This document shows positions 38,097-47,423 of a stretch of 64,000 nucleotides of DNA, one piece after another. How positions within the stretch are numbered: the first letter of the stretch is position 1; the number at the start of each line of letters is the position of its first letter. The notes under the pieces are model-generated. The model was not told where the DNA came from, did no database searches, and saw only the letters and a list, made by a program, of their open reading frames with translations. Both the position numbers and the translations under genes were made by a program. Source of the stretch: Gammaproteobacteria bacterium (GTDB lineage: Bacteria > Pseudomonadota > Gammaproteobacteria > Eutrophobiales > Eutrophobiaceae); contig OZ244905.1 of the NCBI GenBank assembly GCA_965221695.1, positions 32,001 to 96,000 on the forward strand, read 5' to 3'.

Positions 38097-38516
38097 TCAG
38101 GCCCAGCCCAGTTCATTTAATGCCCAGGATGAGTTCCAGATTTTTACCATGCCGGAAATAAGGTCATTTTCATCGAGGGTCAGCACATAGACGTAGTGCG
38201 AGTTGGTCTGCTTGTTTGTCGGCGGCACCGGTCCGCCTTCGCCGGTATGGGCGCCTGAAAATGTGGCGAAAAACAGCGCGGTTCGTGTCGCTTCATCATA
38301 GGACGATGCGTGCAGTTCGTAACTGCAACCCGGCATCAGGTTAAGACCGAGTCCTGCCATCCACTCGGTGTACCCTTCAACCGTGTCTACTTCAGTTAAG
38401 GCGTCACTCTGTGCAACAAAACCAGCGCCGGGCGCTACGTATTGTTTACAGCCGTTCCAACCTTCAAGACTTTCACAGGCATGGAAAAAACGGGTTGCGG
38501 TATCAAATGCGGACAT
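38097..38516 (-). CDS. SnoaL/NTF2-like (ester cyclase-like) small protein
   Basis: AGGAG RBS; 'FFHACE...GW.GC', 'F.GAHTGEGGPVPPTNKQT', 'M.KIWN'. Confidence 0.7.
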   Translation of the reverse strand: MSAFDTATRFFHACESLEGWNGCKQYVAPGAGFVAQSDALTEVDTVEGYTEWMAGLGLNLMPGCSYELHASSYDEATRTALFFATFSGAHTGEGGPVPPTNKQTNSHYVYVLTLDENDLISGMVKIWNSSWALNELGWA

Positions 38517-38547
38517 GCTTTTCTCCTGAAGTTGATTTTTGGGCTAA

Positions 38548-38577
38548 GAATGCTCTGAGGATTAAGTCAGAGGTTCC
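38548..38577. repeat. Solo terminal hairpin of MITE family A
   Basis: GAATGCTCTGAGGATTAAGTCAGAGGTTCC matches hairpin 5 of family A. Confidence 0.65.
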
Positions 38578-38747
38578 TAAACTTTTCGTGCATTCAATGA
38601 CATACTACTTGAGGCAGGCCACACTGTCCACCAATGAACACCAATGAACACATTGCGCTTCTTCCGGAATCTTTCTTCTGCGTGCTTTTGTCGATGATTG
38701 GGTTACACTGTATATTCAGACCAATCCTATTAAATCGGAGATGAAGC

Positions 38748-39068
38748 ATGAAAACTGTCCTGGTTACCTACAATCTTCCCGGCAAGCCACCGCGCCAGGC
38801 AATCAGAGAAAAATTTGCCGATGCTGCCAACAACATTTTCAAAGGTCTTCCCGGCTTGATGAGCAAGCAATTCTGTTACGACGAGACAACAGGTGACGGT
38901 CACTCCGTGTATCTGTGGGAAACTGAGGAACAGGCCAGGGGATTCTTTGCGCCTGACTTTGATGAACATTTCCGAGAAGTCTTCGGTGTGGATCCAACAA
39001 TCACCCATCTCGATATTCAGGTATTGTTGGACAACCGGGCCGGTGATGTGGTCGTAAACAAGGAGTGA
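38748..39068 (+). CDS. YdhR-like dimeric alpha/beta barrel protein (putative monooxygenase)
   Basis: 'F.GLPGLMSKQF...G..VYLWET.EQA..FF'. Confidence 0.7.
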   Translation: MKTVLVTYNLPGKPPRQAIREKFADAANNIFKGLPGLMSKQFCYDETTGDGHSVYLWETEEQARGFFAPDFDEHFREVFGVDPTITHLDIQVLLDNRAGDVVVNKE

Positions 39069-39078
39069 AAAGTTTACT

Positions 39079-39999
39079 ATGCCAACTTCTTTATGGACAA
39101 AAATAACGGGTTTGCTGACCGGTAAACCTGCATATACTCCACCCAGGGTGTGGACCTGGGATGCGCCCAGTGGCGGGCAATTTGAAAATATCAACCGGCC
39201 GGTAGCCGGCGCTACCCATGAACAGGCATTGCCCGTCGGCAAACATCCCCTGCAGCTATATTCATTGGCTACGCCGAACGGCGTGAAAGTGACCGTAATG
39301 CTGGAAGAACTCCTGGCCCTGGGGTTTGCAGGCGCAGAATATGATGCGTGGCTGATCGATATCGGAGAAGGGCAGCAGTTCGGTAGCGGCTTTGTCGATA
39401 TTAACCCGAACTCCAAGATCCCGGCCCTTGTTGATCGCAGCGGTGACAAGCCTGTGCGCCTGTTTGAATCGGGCGCCATCCTGCTTTACCTGGCGCAGAA
39501 GTTCGGCGCGCTGATCCCTGAAGAGCCGGTTTTGCAGGCGCAATGCCTGTCCTGGCTGTTCTGGCAAATGGGCAGCGCGCCGTATCTTGGCGGCGGTTTC
39601 GGGCATTTTTATGCTTATGCGCCCGAAAAGTTCGAATACCCCATTAATCGCTATGCGATGGAAGTGAAACGCCAGATGGACGTGCTCGACCGCCACCTGG
39701 CCAATAATCGATACTGCTGCGGAGAGGAATACAGCATTGCCGATATCGCCATCTGGCCCTGGTATGGCGCGCTGGTCCTGAATAAAGTCTATGGCGCTGC
39801 CGAGTTCCTGGATGCCGCTTCCTATACAAACCTGAATCGGTGGACCGGCGAAATAACAGAGCGTCCCGCGGTCAAACGCGGCCGCATGGTGAATCGGAGC
39901 TGGGGCGAACCCGCGGAGCAGTTGCGGGAACGCCATAATGCGGGCGACTTTGATACCCGGACCCAGGATAAACTTGAACCGGTCGAAAACGCGGGGTAG
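39079..39999 (+). CDS. yghU: Glutathione-dependent disulfide-bond oxidoreductase (Nu-class GST)
   Basis: 'YTPPRVWTW', 'NINRPVAGATHE..LPVGKHPLQLYSLATPNGVKV', 'NPNSKIPAL', 'FESGAIL', 'GGGFGHFYAYAP', 'QLRERH.A.DF'. Confidence 0.93.
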   Translation: MPTSLWTKITGLLTGKPAYTPPRVWTWDAPSGGQFENINRPVAGATHEQALPVGKHPLQLYSLATPNGVKVTVMLEELLALGFAGAEYDAWLIDIGEGQQFGSGFVDINPNSKIPALVDRSGDKPVRLFESGAILLYLAQKFGALIPEEPVLQAQCLSWLFWQMGSAPYLGGGFGHFYAYAPEKFEYPINRYAMEVKRQMDVLDRHLANNRYCCGEEYSIADIAIWPWYGALVLNKVYGAAEFLDAASYTNLNRWTGEITERPAVKRGRMVNRSWGEPAEQLRERHNAGDFDTRTQDKLEPVENAG

Positions 40000-40041
40000 C
40001 CCGGGTATTTGCACCAGTGAATACGATAATAGCGATTGATT

Positions 40042-40200
40042 GTGCCTGATCTGCCTAGCAACGTTTTTCGGCATATAGCAGCCGTTTGCGCCGCCCAGAC
40101 GCTGGCAATTGCAGCGTCCATCCTGTCACCACTGGCCGTGGGCAGCTTGATCATCGCCCTGGGTGTTCGCGAAGTTGAAGCGGCGACCTGGTTGAGGTCG
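40042..40200 (+). pseudogene. Possible 5' remnant of an MFS transporter gene
   Basis: 'IAAVCAAQTLAIAASILSPLAVGSLIIALGVREVEAA' resembles TM1 plus loop of the MFS at 60702 ('...PSIIGALVDYLEFSLEAAG'), then degenerates. Confidence 0.3.
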
Positions 40201-40316
40201 CTCCCCAGTACGATACCACCACCAACACACCGCAATTCGACAAATTGATGCTATTTGAAATCCTGTGCCTGGTAGTCGAGAGTAAGGCCTCCGCTCAAGG
40301 CTAATCCGCATTGACC

Positions 40317-41408
40317 ATGACCTGGCTTTTTGCCCCTGTCGTCGTATTCTGGTGGCTGTTTTCACTAGCGTTGTTTTTGATCTCATTTCGGAAAAGACCA
40401 CGAAAAACAGGCGCTATCATTGATGTGCAAATTGGCCTTGCAAGCATCGCCATGGCGCTTCTCTTATTACATCCTCCGTTGACTTATGAGTTCGTTTTCA
40501 AGCTGATTGAACCTAAGGAATGTTCACGGGATATTAAGCCCGTTCGGACTGTGTTGTTGTTGCCTGATGGAAAACCAGAACTTTACGAAAGTATTGTCGC
40601 ATTGCCTGACGGCAGTTTTGTTGTCACCGCTGCAACCAGGGGCGAACTTCTCAGTGTCGGTAAAGACGGAACCATCAACATACTGGCGAGTCTGCCGACC
40701 GGCCGTTTTGATCTGCGTACTTTCAATGGTATGTTGGGTGGTATCGTACAAGGTCAGGATAAGGCGCTGTACACTATTGTCCTTGCAACAGATCTACAAA
40801 ACCGGGGTTTATGGCGAGTTGATCAGGCAGGTAACAGCAGTTTGTGGGCCAGGCTACCCATGGATGCGAGTGGAAACGGTTTGACTTTGGATCATCATGG
40901 TAATTTTTATATTGCTGACTCAAGGCAGGGTCTGGTTTGGAAAGTAGAAGCTAACGGAGGACCACCAGTAATATGGTATCAGGGGCCTTTGATCGGGGCC
41001 GGCGCCCGCTCTCTATTGCCGACTGCAAACGGCATCAAATTTACGCAATTAGCCATATTTGTCACCAATACCAAGCATAAAAGGGTTGTTCGTATTGATA
41101 TTCGGGAAGACGGCAGTGCCGGCGAGGCCAGTATTTGGGATGAAGGAATCCCTGCAGACGATTTTGCGATAGATGATCACGGGCGACTGTACCTGACGAC
41201 CCACCCATTTAACACGGTAGTGCAATTGCAGCGAGATAAACCCTGTTTGATCGTCGCTGCTGTTGATAGTGGTATAGCTGGACCTACTGCCGCCGTCATT
41301 GGGAGAGGCTCAGATGATCGCTCTTTGCTATATGTATTGAATGACGGTGGTTATTCTAGGGCCGTCAAGGGTGGCAAACCTTCAATAATCGGGTTGGAAA
41401 TAAATTAA
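40317..41408 (+). CDS. SMP-30/gluconolactonase-like beta-propeller with N-terminal membrane anchor
   Basis: Two N-terminal hydrophobic segments; 'ESIVALPDGS', 'GNGLTLD..GNFYIADS..G.VW', 'ANGIKF', 'ADDFAIDD.G.LY', 'GPTA'. Confidence 0.75.
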   Translation: MTWLFAPVVVFWWLFSLALFLISFRKRPRKTGAIIDVQIGLASIAMALLLLHPPLTYEFVFKLIEPKECSRDIKPVRTVLLLPDGKPELYESIVALPDGSFVVTAATRGELLSVGKDGTINILASLPTGRFDLRTFNGMLGGIVQGQDKALYTIVLATDLQNRGLWRVDQAGNSSLWARLPMDASGNGLTLDHHGNFYIADSRQGLVWKVEANGGPPVIWYQGPLIGAGARSLLPTANGIKFTQLAIFVTNTKHKRVVRIDIREDGSAGEASIWDEGIPADDFAIDDHGRLYLTTHPFNTVVQLQRDKPCLIVAAVDSGIAGPTAAVIGRGSDDRSLLYVLNDGGYSRAVKGGKPSIIGLEIN

Positions 41409-41409
41409 T

Positions 41410-41500
41410 GAGAACTCAGAACAAGCCCGTCCAGGACTTGTTCTGAGCGCATAGAATAAAAATGCGATTTTGTTTTACTTGGAACCTCTGACTTTAATCC
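41410..41500 (+). mobile_element. MITE family A, decayed internally deleted copy
   Basis: AACTCAGAACAAGCCCGTCCAGGACTTGTTCTGAG...AAAAATGCGATTTTGTTTT...GGAACCTCTGACTTTAATC; hairpins 3-4 missing. Confidence 0.7.
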
Positions 41501-41504
41501 GCAT

Positions 41505-43913
41505 TTAAAAGTTAAAGCGTATACTGCCTCCATATTGTCGGTCGCGCGCCCAATAATTTACCCGCTGGCTGACACCGGGTAGAAATATATCATTGAAATG
41601 AAACTCATTCGTGAGGTTTGTGCCGAAAACAGCGAATTCCCACTTGCCATTATCTGTGGTCAGCCCAGCGCGCGCATCCAGCAAGCCCAGCGCATCTTCT
41701 TTTGACAAAGGATTGTTATCGGCGTTGTGGTAGATTTCATCACGCCAAGACCATGTCACCCTGATATCGATGTTGCCGTAAGCTGTCGGCTGTGTATAAC
41801 TACCAGAGATATGCGCGGTCCATTCCGGTGTTTTGCGCAACAGGGCGCCGTCTGCCACGCCGCTGGTTGCGGCTACCAGCGGATCAATGGATTCAATTTT
41901 GGCGTCGGTATAACCTAGACTGGAAGACAGGGTAAATTGAGGATGAGGGATGACAGTTAATTCCGCTTCACCGCCCCATATTTCTGCTGTTGCGGCATTC
42001 AGCAGATACACAGAAAAACCACCTGTAGATGTTGCCTGCACGGTCTGAATCTGCAGGTCTTCATAATCATTATAATACAAAGATGCATTTAGACGCGCTT
42101 GCCGGTTCATAAACTCAGACTTGAAACCGACTTCGTAGGTGGTAACCAGTTCCGGCTCAACTGACGTTGCTATGGCTTCGGGAGCGCCACCGCGACCATT
42201 GAAAGTGCCGCTTCGGAAACCTTCGCTGAATGATACATACAATAACAGGTCGTCGGACGGTTGGAATTCAATACCGACTTTCGGTGAAAAATCAGTCCAG
42301 TTGTCGCTGAAAGTCTGCGGCGGCACAGAGAAAAATGGAAATTTCAGGACAGCTGAGGAATCTGGTAACAATTGGGACCGGTCTAAATCCTTACTCTCAT
42401 GTGTGAGACGAAAACCGGCAGTTACACTCCATTGCTCGGACAAGCGGTAGGTGCCTTGACTATAAAAAGCGATATTTTCAACATCAATTTGATTATATGT
42501 CACTATATTGTTATCTAGAATCAGGTTGAACGGGTTACCGGCGCCACCAGCACAGATGTTGGGAGGAAAAGTGCCGGGACAGACTGAACCGGGCGCTACG
42601 GGAAAAACCGGGGCAGGAAACGCTTCCAAAGCCTGCACCAGTCCGGGGAGAATTTGCACAATGTTATTGCTGGTTACTTTCTCAGTAAAGTAATATACAC
42701 CAGTGACCCAAGTCAGCTTTTCGAACTCGCCATTCAGTTGAATTTCCTGGCTGAACTGCCACTGGTCGAGTTGTTCATCTGTGGAAGCCACCTCTAGAAA
42801 ATACCCGTCGTTATCATCAATAAAATGCATATCCATATCACGATAGGCAGTAATTGACTTGATAGCGCCCCAGCTAAAAGCGTCCCAGTCCAGCATTAGA
42901 GATACACCCCATATATCCGCATTATCTCTGCTTGGGCCATTTTTTGATGATTCAGCGCTGTCTTCAGGGAAAAGTGTATTTGGGGTGACAAATGCTGGTG
43001 GTGAGCCAGGCGGGCCACCCGGTATAAAAGAAGGTGGCCCGGGGATAATGCCGAACAGCGCCAGTCCGCTCTGTAGAGCCATCAGACCAGCTCCGGTAAA
43101 TGCTGACGCGTTGCTGGGTGTGCTGTTCTGGTTCTGGTGGTAATAGTCAGCGGTCAGGTTTGCCTCGAATTCATCTGTGAATTGCCATCTAAAAGCGCCG
43201 CGCAGAGTGAGGTTATCATCATTGCCGAAATCGATCTCTGGTTCAATGTTTGAGGTTCCGTATCCGTCCCGGTCCTTGATATTAAACGAGAGGCGGGCGG
43301 CCGCGGTATCACTGATTGCCAGGTTAGCGCTGCCACTGCCTTCCAACCAGTCATCATTGCCGGCTTTGAATTCGAGGAACCCCGTGTTGGAATTAAAAAG
43401 GGGACGTGTTGAAGTCACATTAATAGCGCCACCGATGGTGTTACGCCCGAACAGGGTTCCTTGCGGCCCGCGCAATATTTCAACCTGCTCAATATCAAGC
43501 AGATTTAAAACGCCACCTACGGCGCGGCCAAGATATACGCCATCAATATATGTGCCTACCCCGGGGTCAGCGGTTGGTATGAAATCGAATTGACCGATGC
43601 CGCGAATGAATACCTGTGCATTGTTTGCGGTACCGCCGCTGCGGGAACCGCCCTGAAACCAGAGATTAGGGGTTATTCGATCTATTGACGAAAGATCTTC
43701 AAAAGCAGCAGCCTTGATATCGGTTGCAGAAATAGCCGTCACGGCGACAGGAGTAGCTTGCAGGCTTTCAGCACGTTTACGCGCAGTTACCGTGATCTCT
43801 TCAAGCGTAGCAGTTTGAGCAAAGGCAGTAGGCAAGCTGTAACTAGCTGCAAAAACGCATGCTCCCAAAATGGATACAAGTTGTCGTTGGACTTTTATGA
43901 AACAACCAGGCAT
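41505..43913 (-). CDS. TonB-dependent receptor
   Basis: Signal peptide, 'LEEITVTARKRAE', 'VEILRGPQGTLFGRNTIGGAIN', 'GFRSG', C-terminal 'YGGSIRFNF'. Confidence 0.95.
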   Translation of the reverse strand: MPGCFIKVQRQLVSILGACVFAASYSLPTAFAQTATLEEITVTARKRAESLQATPVAVTAISATDIKAAAFEDLSSIDRITPNLWFQGGSRSGGTANNAQVFIRGIGQFDFIPTADPGVGTYIDGVYLGRAVGGVLNLLDIEQVEILRGPQGTLFGRNTIGGAINVTSTRPLFNSNTGFLEFKAGNDDWLEGSGSANLAISDTAAARLSFNIKDRDGYGTSNIEPEIDFGNDDNLTLRGAFRWQFTDEFEANLTADYYHQNQNSTPSNASAFTGAGLMALQSGLALFGIIPGPPSFIPGGPPGSPPAFVTPNTLFPEDSAESSKNGPSRDNADIWGVSLMLDWDAFSWGAIKSITAYRDMDMHFIDDNDGYFLEVASTDEQLDQWQFSQEIQLNGEFEKLTWVTGVYYFTEKVTSNNIVQILPGLVQALEAFPAPVFPVAPGSVCPGTFPPNICAGGAGNPFNLILDNNIVTYNQIDVENIAFYSQGTYRLSEQWSVTAGFRLTHESKDLDRSQLLPDSSAVLKFPFFSVPPQTFSDNWTDFSPKVGIEFQPSDDLLLYVSFSEGFRSGTFNGRGGAPEAIATSVEPELVTTYEVGFKSEFMNRQARLNASLYYNDYEDLQIQTVQATSTGGFSVYLLNAATAEIWGGEAELTVIPHPQFTLSSSLGYTDAKIESIDPLVAATSGVADGALLRKTPEWTAHISGSYTQPTAYGNIDIRVTWSWRDEIYHNADNNPLSKEDALGLLDARAGLTTDNGKWEFAVFGTNLTNEFHFNDIFLPGVSQRVNYWARDRQYGGSIRFNF

Positions 43914-43944
43914 AGGTTTTCTCCAATCAGATAGACCGTATTAA

Positions 43945-44100
43945 GAAAGCTCTTAACAAGCCCATCCAGGACTTGGAAGAGCACGTAAAACAATAAAGCT
44001 TTTTTTGTTTTACTCATAAAATCAATGATATAAAGTCATTGATTACGACGGTACATCCCTGCGTCGTTGAACCCTCTAAGACTTAATCTCAGAGGGATCT
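43945..44100 (+). mobile_element. MITE family A, old diverged near-full copy
   Basis: All five hairpin segments are recognisable in order (ACAAGCCCATCCAGGACTTG; AAAACAA..TTTTTGTTTT; AATCAATGA..TCATTGATT; ACGACGGTACATCCCTGCGTCGT; CTCTAAGACTTAATCTCAGAG). Confidence 0.75.
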
Positions 44101-44212
44101 TAAATCTATTAAAACTCTTGTATAAATGTGTTTGATATGTAAATATTACAACATTGTATGATAATAATATCCTACATTATAACCTAATTTTATCTTAAAC
44201 GAGGAGTGTGAG

Positions 44213-44524
44213 ATGGTTTGGTATCATTTCATTGCCTATTTTTTTGCCGGCGTTTTTCTTACTAACGGCATCCCCCATTATGTGTTGGGTTCATGCGGCA
44301 GAAAGTTCCCGACGCCATTCGCCAATCCACCCGGAAAAGGCGAGTCATCGGCGATGGCAAACGCGATGTGGGGCCTGGCAAATTTTGCCACGGGGTATCT
44401 TTTACTCCAGGTTGGCCACTTTTCCAGCGGGTTTACCGGCGCTATGCTGGCATTTGTCCTAGGAATATTCTTAATGAGTATTATGCTGGCTAAACACTTC
44501 AGTAGCATATATTCGGTTGACTGA
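44213..44524 (+). CDS. Small membrane protein, hypothetical
   Basis: GAGGAG RBS; 103 aa with 3 hydrophobic segments, 'FL.NGIPH...G..G..FPTPFA.PPGKG.SS...N..WG..N'. Confidence 0.75.
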   Translation: MVWYHFIAYFFAGVFLTNGIPHYVLGSCGRKFPTPFANPPGKGESSAMANAMWGLANFATGYLLLQVGHFSSGFTGAMLAFVLGIFLMSIMLAKHFSSIYSVD

Positions 44525-44581
44525 TCGCTGCGTAGGGCCGATGCTGTTGGTCGCTGTCAGTAGAACCTGTTATTCAGCAGG

Positions 44582-45238
44582 TTAATATCCGGTTTTACGC
44601 AACAACTCGGCTGAGCTGCGCAAGTGTTTTCGCATATTTTTTTCTGCTTTGTCAGGATCGCCGCTGCATATAGCGGCAAAGATGTCTTCGTGCTGCGTTA
44701 CAGATTCATGGGTTACACCTTTTAACAGGTGTCTGAATTGCAAGTGATATAGAGGGATTCGTAATTGCGCTATGAGGTTGTTAAGCTGCAGGTTGCCGGC
44801 TATCTGAATAATTGTATCGTGAAAAATCTCATTAGCTTCGGAATATTCCGACAAGTCAGGGGAATGCTGACTTTGTATCGTGTGCTTTAACGCTTTTTTC
44901 AAGCTTTTCAGATTACCAGGTAGGTTGATGTTTTGCGCAGCTAGACGCGCGGCCAATCCTTCCAGCATTTCTCTGATCGCAAAAATGCCAAGAGCTTCTT
45001 CTTTGCTGAGGCGCTTGATGGTAACGCCATAATTTGGCCTGATCTCAACGATGCCTTCACCGGATAAACGCCACATAGCCTCTCTTAATGGACCACGACT
45101 GACATTCAATGATTTTGTCAGGTCGGCCTCCACCAGTCGCTGACCGGGGACATATCTCCCTTCTTTGATACCGGTTTTGACTTCCTTGAGCACCGTTTCA
45201 ACAGCAGTCGCTTTTCTGTCGGATTCTAGCTGTTCCAT
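44582..45238 (-). CDS. GntR-family transcriptional regulator (FCD domain)
   Basis: 'PGQRLVEADL...LNVSRGPLREA..RL..EG', 'REMLEGLAARLAA', 'N..FH', 'HEDI..AI..GD...AE..MR.H'. Confidence 0.93.
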   Translation of the reverse strand: MEQLESDRKATAVETVLKEVKTGIKEGRYVPGQRLVEADLTKSLNVSRGPLREAMWRLSGEGIVEIRPNYGVTIKRLSKEEALGIFAIREMLEGLAARLAAQNINLPGNLKSLKKALKHTIQSQHSPDLSEYSEANEIFHDTIIQIAGNLQLNNLIAQLRIPLYHLQFRHLLKGVTHESVTQHEDIFAAICSGDPDKAEKNMRKHLRSSAELLRKTGY

Positions 45239-45392
45239 TGTCGGTTAATATGCCAGAAAAAGAGCAATAATCCAAATATCTTGTTGATGATAATATATCT
45301 GAATTTAAATGGACGGGCAACGATTAAGCACACGTGTAAGGACAGGGAAACAGACACAAAGCAAAACGAATGCTGATATTTTATATACGACA

Positions 45393-45409
45393 ATATTGTA
45401 ATACAATAT
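45393..45409. promoter_or_regulatory. Candidate GntR operator palindrome
   Basis: ATATTGTA-A-TACAATAT inverted repeat in the AT-rich divergent intergenic region next to the GntR gene. Confidence 0.55.
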
Positions 45410-45455
45410 AACCTGATACAATTTACCAATCAACAATTGACAGTAACAACTTCAC

Positions 45456-46286
45456 ATGATGATTTCACATCCGGATACGGCTGAAAAACGTCAGGGATCT
45501 GCGCACAGACCTGGAGGTATCAGTTTTATTTCGCATCTCAAAGGAAACACAAATAAGCCTGACAGTTTCGATTTGATGACAGTATTTACCAACTCGGATT
45601 ATTACACGCCCAGACATCGACACAATTTTGATCAAATCCGGATTATGTTAAAGGGCAGTTTTCAGTGGAACCCCAGGTTTATTCAGAAAGAAGGCATGGT
45701 GGGCTATTTCACTGAAGGCACCATGTATACGCAACAAGGGGTGGATGACAGCGCCACGCTTTTATTACAAGTGGGGGGTGCGTCAGGCGAAGGCTATATG
45801 AATTATGAACAGATGCAGGCCGGCATCCGGGAGCTTCAACAACACGGCCAGTTTAATAAGGGTATATACGAAGGTCGGGAGGCATCGGGAGAGCCTATCA
45901 AGCGCGATGGTTATGAAGCTATATGGGAGTGCGTGTTTGGCCGCAAAATCAGCTATGCTAAACCCCGCTACCAGGCGCCCATAATGCTCTGGCCGGACCG
46001 GTTCAGTTGGACCTCAACAATAAACAAAGGTGTGTATAGGAAAAGTCTTGGGATTTTCAACGAGCGTGGTCTGGCGCTTGACCAATTACGTCTTGACGCT
46101 GCTTCTGGCTTTATAGCCAACGCGGCGGATAAGTCACGTTTACTGTATTTTTTATCCGGTGATGGACGCGCCAACGCGGAGATCTACCAACAAGCCACAA
46201 CCGTGTACCTGGATAAAGGCGAAACCGTTGAGTTGGAAGCAATGACAAACACAGAACTGTATCTATTTGACTTACCAACATTTTAG
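45456..46286 (+). CDS. Cupin-like hypothetical protein
   Basis: 'YTPRHRHNFDQIR' His motif followed by 'GYF.EG..Y' and a second beta-rich domain. Confidence 0.65.
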   Translation: MMISHPDTAEKRQGSAHRPGGISFISHLKGNTNKPDSFDLMTVFTNSDYYTPRHRHNFDQIRIMLKGSFQWNPRFIQKEGMVGYFTEGTMYTQQGVDDSATLLLQVGGASGEGYMNYEQMQAGIRELQQHGQFNKGIYEGREASGEPIKRDGYEAIWECVFGRKISYAKPRYQAPIMLWPDRFSWTSTINKGVYRKSLGIFNERGLALDQLRLDAASGFIANAADKSRLLYFLSGDGRANAEIYQQATTVYLDKGETVELEAMTNTELYLFDLPTF

Positions 46287-46297
46287 GCTCCGTGACT

Positions 46298-47395
46298 ATG
46301 AACACAATAGATTCACAGAAACAGCAGAAGAAGTTTGAGCGCGGCCACCGTTTTGTTCCTCAAGGGCTAGAGGGATACGATGAATGCTGGTATCCCGTTT
46401 GTCTGTCTGATGAGGTGTCCAAAGGTGAAGTGAAGGGGTTTGAATATCTGAATGGAAAAGTGATTGTTTTCAGACCAGAGCGCGGCGAGCTGACGGCGAT
46501 GAGTCCTTATTGTCGACACCTAGGTGTCGATTTGAGTCTCGCTACAGTCATGGGAGAGACAATTCGTTGTCCTTATCATCATTGGGAATATGATCAAACC
46601 GGCCAGTGTGTTAAGACTGCCTCGGGCGACACACCACCAAAAAAAGCTAAACTGTTTAATTTTCCTACCGCTGAAAGTAACGGTTTGATCTGGGTCTACA
46701 ACGGCTCGGAGCCAGCTTATGATGTGCCGACATTTCCAGTAGCCGCTGCGGAGCTGGATTTGTTGGTCTGCCGGGCTATTGAAGTCCCCATGGACCCGTT
46801 CATGTTGTATTCAAATACTATGGACTTGCAACACCTGATTACTTTACATGAAGCTAGGTTTGACTCACTGCCGGAAGAATTTGATATCCGCGATCGAACT
46901 ATTTCTTACACCCAGGGTATGACGATGCCTCGGATTGGTTATGCCCGCCAGGAAGTAACATTGTTCGGCACTAACTGTGTCCGTCTTTGCAGTAAGATAA
47001 AGGGCAGACAAACATTCATGATGTCGGCAGGTCTCGCGGTAATCGGCCCTCTCACCAAAACATTCAATATGACAGCAACCCTGAAAACCGAAAGCAAGTT
47101 GTCAGATAGACAACCCTCAAACCGCCAGCTCGACCGGGTTTTAAACAGACTGCATATCAGGATGGTGGACGCATTCGGCAAAAAACTGAATAAGGAAGAC
47201 GATCCGGTATTTCGCAGCATCAGTCCCAGGCTGGATAACCTGACATCTTCAGACAAGGCGCTGAGTATTTACTTCGATTATGCTCGAAACTATCCCCGTT
47301 CAAATATTGCCGAGGACCTGATCTGTAACGACTATATTGCCGGCGCGCCAAAGAAACGAGCTGCAATTGACAGTTTGAAAAGACATCCGCTTTAA
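46298..47395 (+). CDS. Rieske oxygenase (KshA/VanA-like single-component alpha subunit)
   Basis: 'WYPVCLS', 'CRHLGVDL', 'CPYHHWEYD..G.C', mononuclear Fe motif 'NTMDLQHLITLH', C-terminal 'EDD'. Confidence 0.88.
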   Translation: MNTIDSQKQQKKFERGHRFVPQGLEGYDECWYPVCLSDEVSKGEVKGFEYLNGKVIVFRPERGELTAMSPYCRHLGVDLSLATVMGETIRCPYHHWEYDQTGQCVKTASGDTPPKKAKLFNFPTAESNGLIWVYNGSEPAYDVPTFPVAAAELDLLVCRAIEVPMDPFMLYSNTMDLQHLITLHEARFDSLPEEFDIRDRTISYTQGMTMPRIGYARQEVTLFGTNCVRLCSKIKGRQTFMMSAGLAVIGPLTKTFNMTATLKTESKLSDRQPSNRQLDRVLNRLHIRMVDAFGKKLNKEDDPVFRSISPRLDNLTSSDKALSIYFDYARNYPRSNIAEDLICNDYIAGAPKKRAAIDSLKRHPL

Positions 47396-47423
47396 CGACT
47401 GTACGGATACGGCTTAGCCGAGG

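Noticed and set aside
38629-38652. Tandem CCAATGAACA x2
   Set aside because: Only two units; could be chance or a local slippage duplication.
42990-43050. Pro/Gly-rich segment in the TBDR (PGPPSFIPGGPPGSPP)
   Set aside because: Consistent with an ordinary variable extracellular loop; no nucleotide-level repeat.
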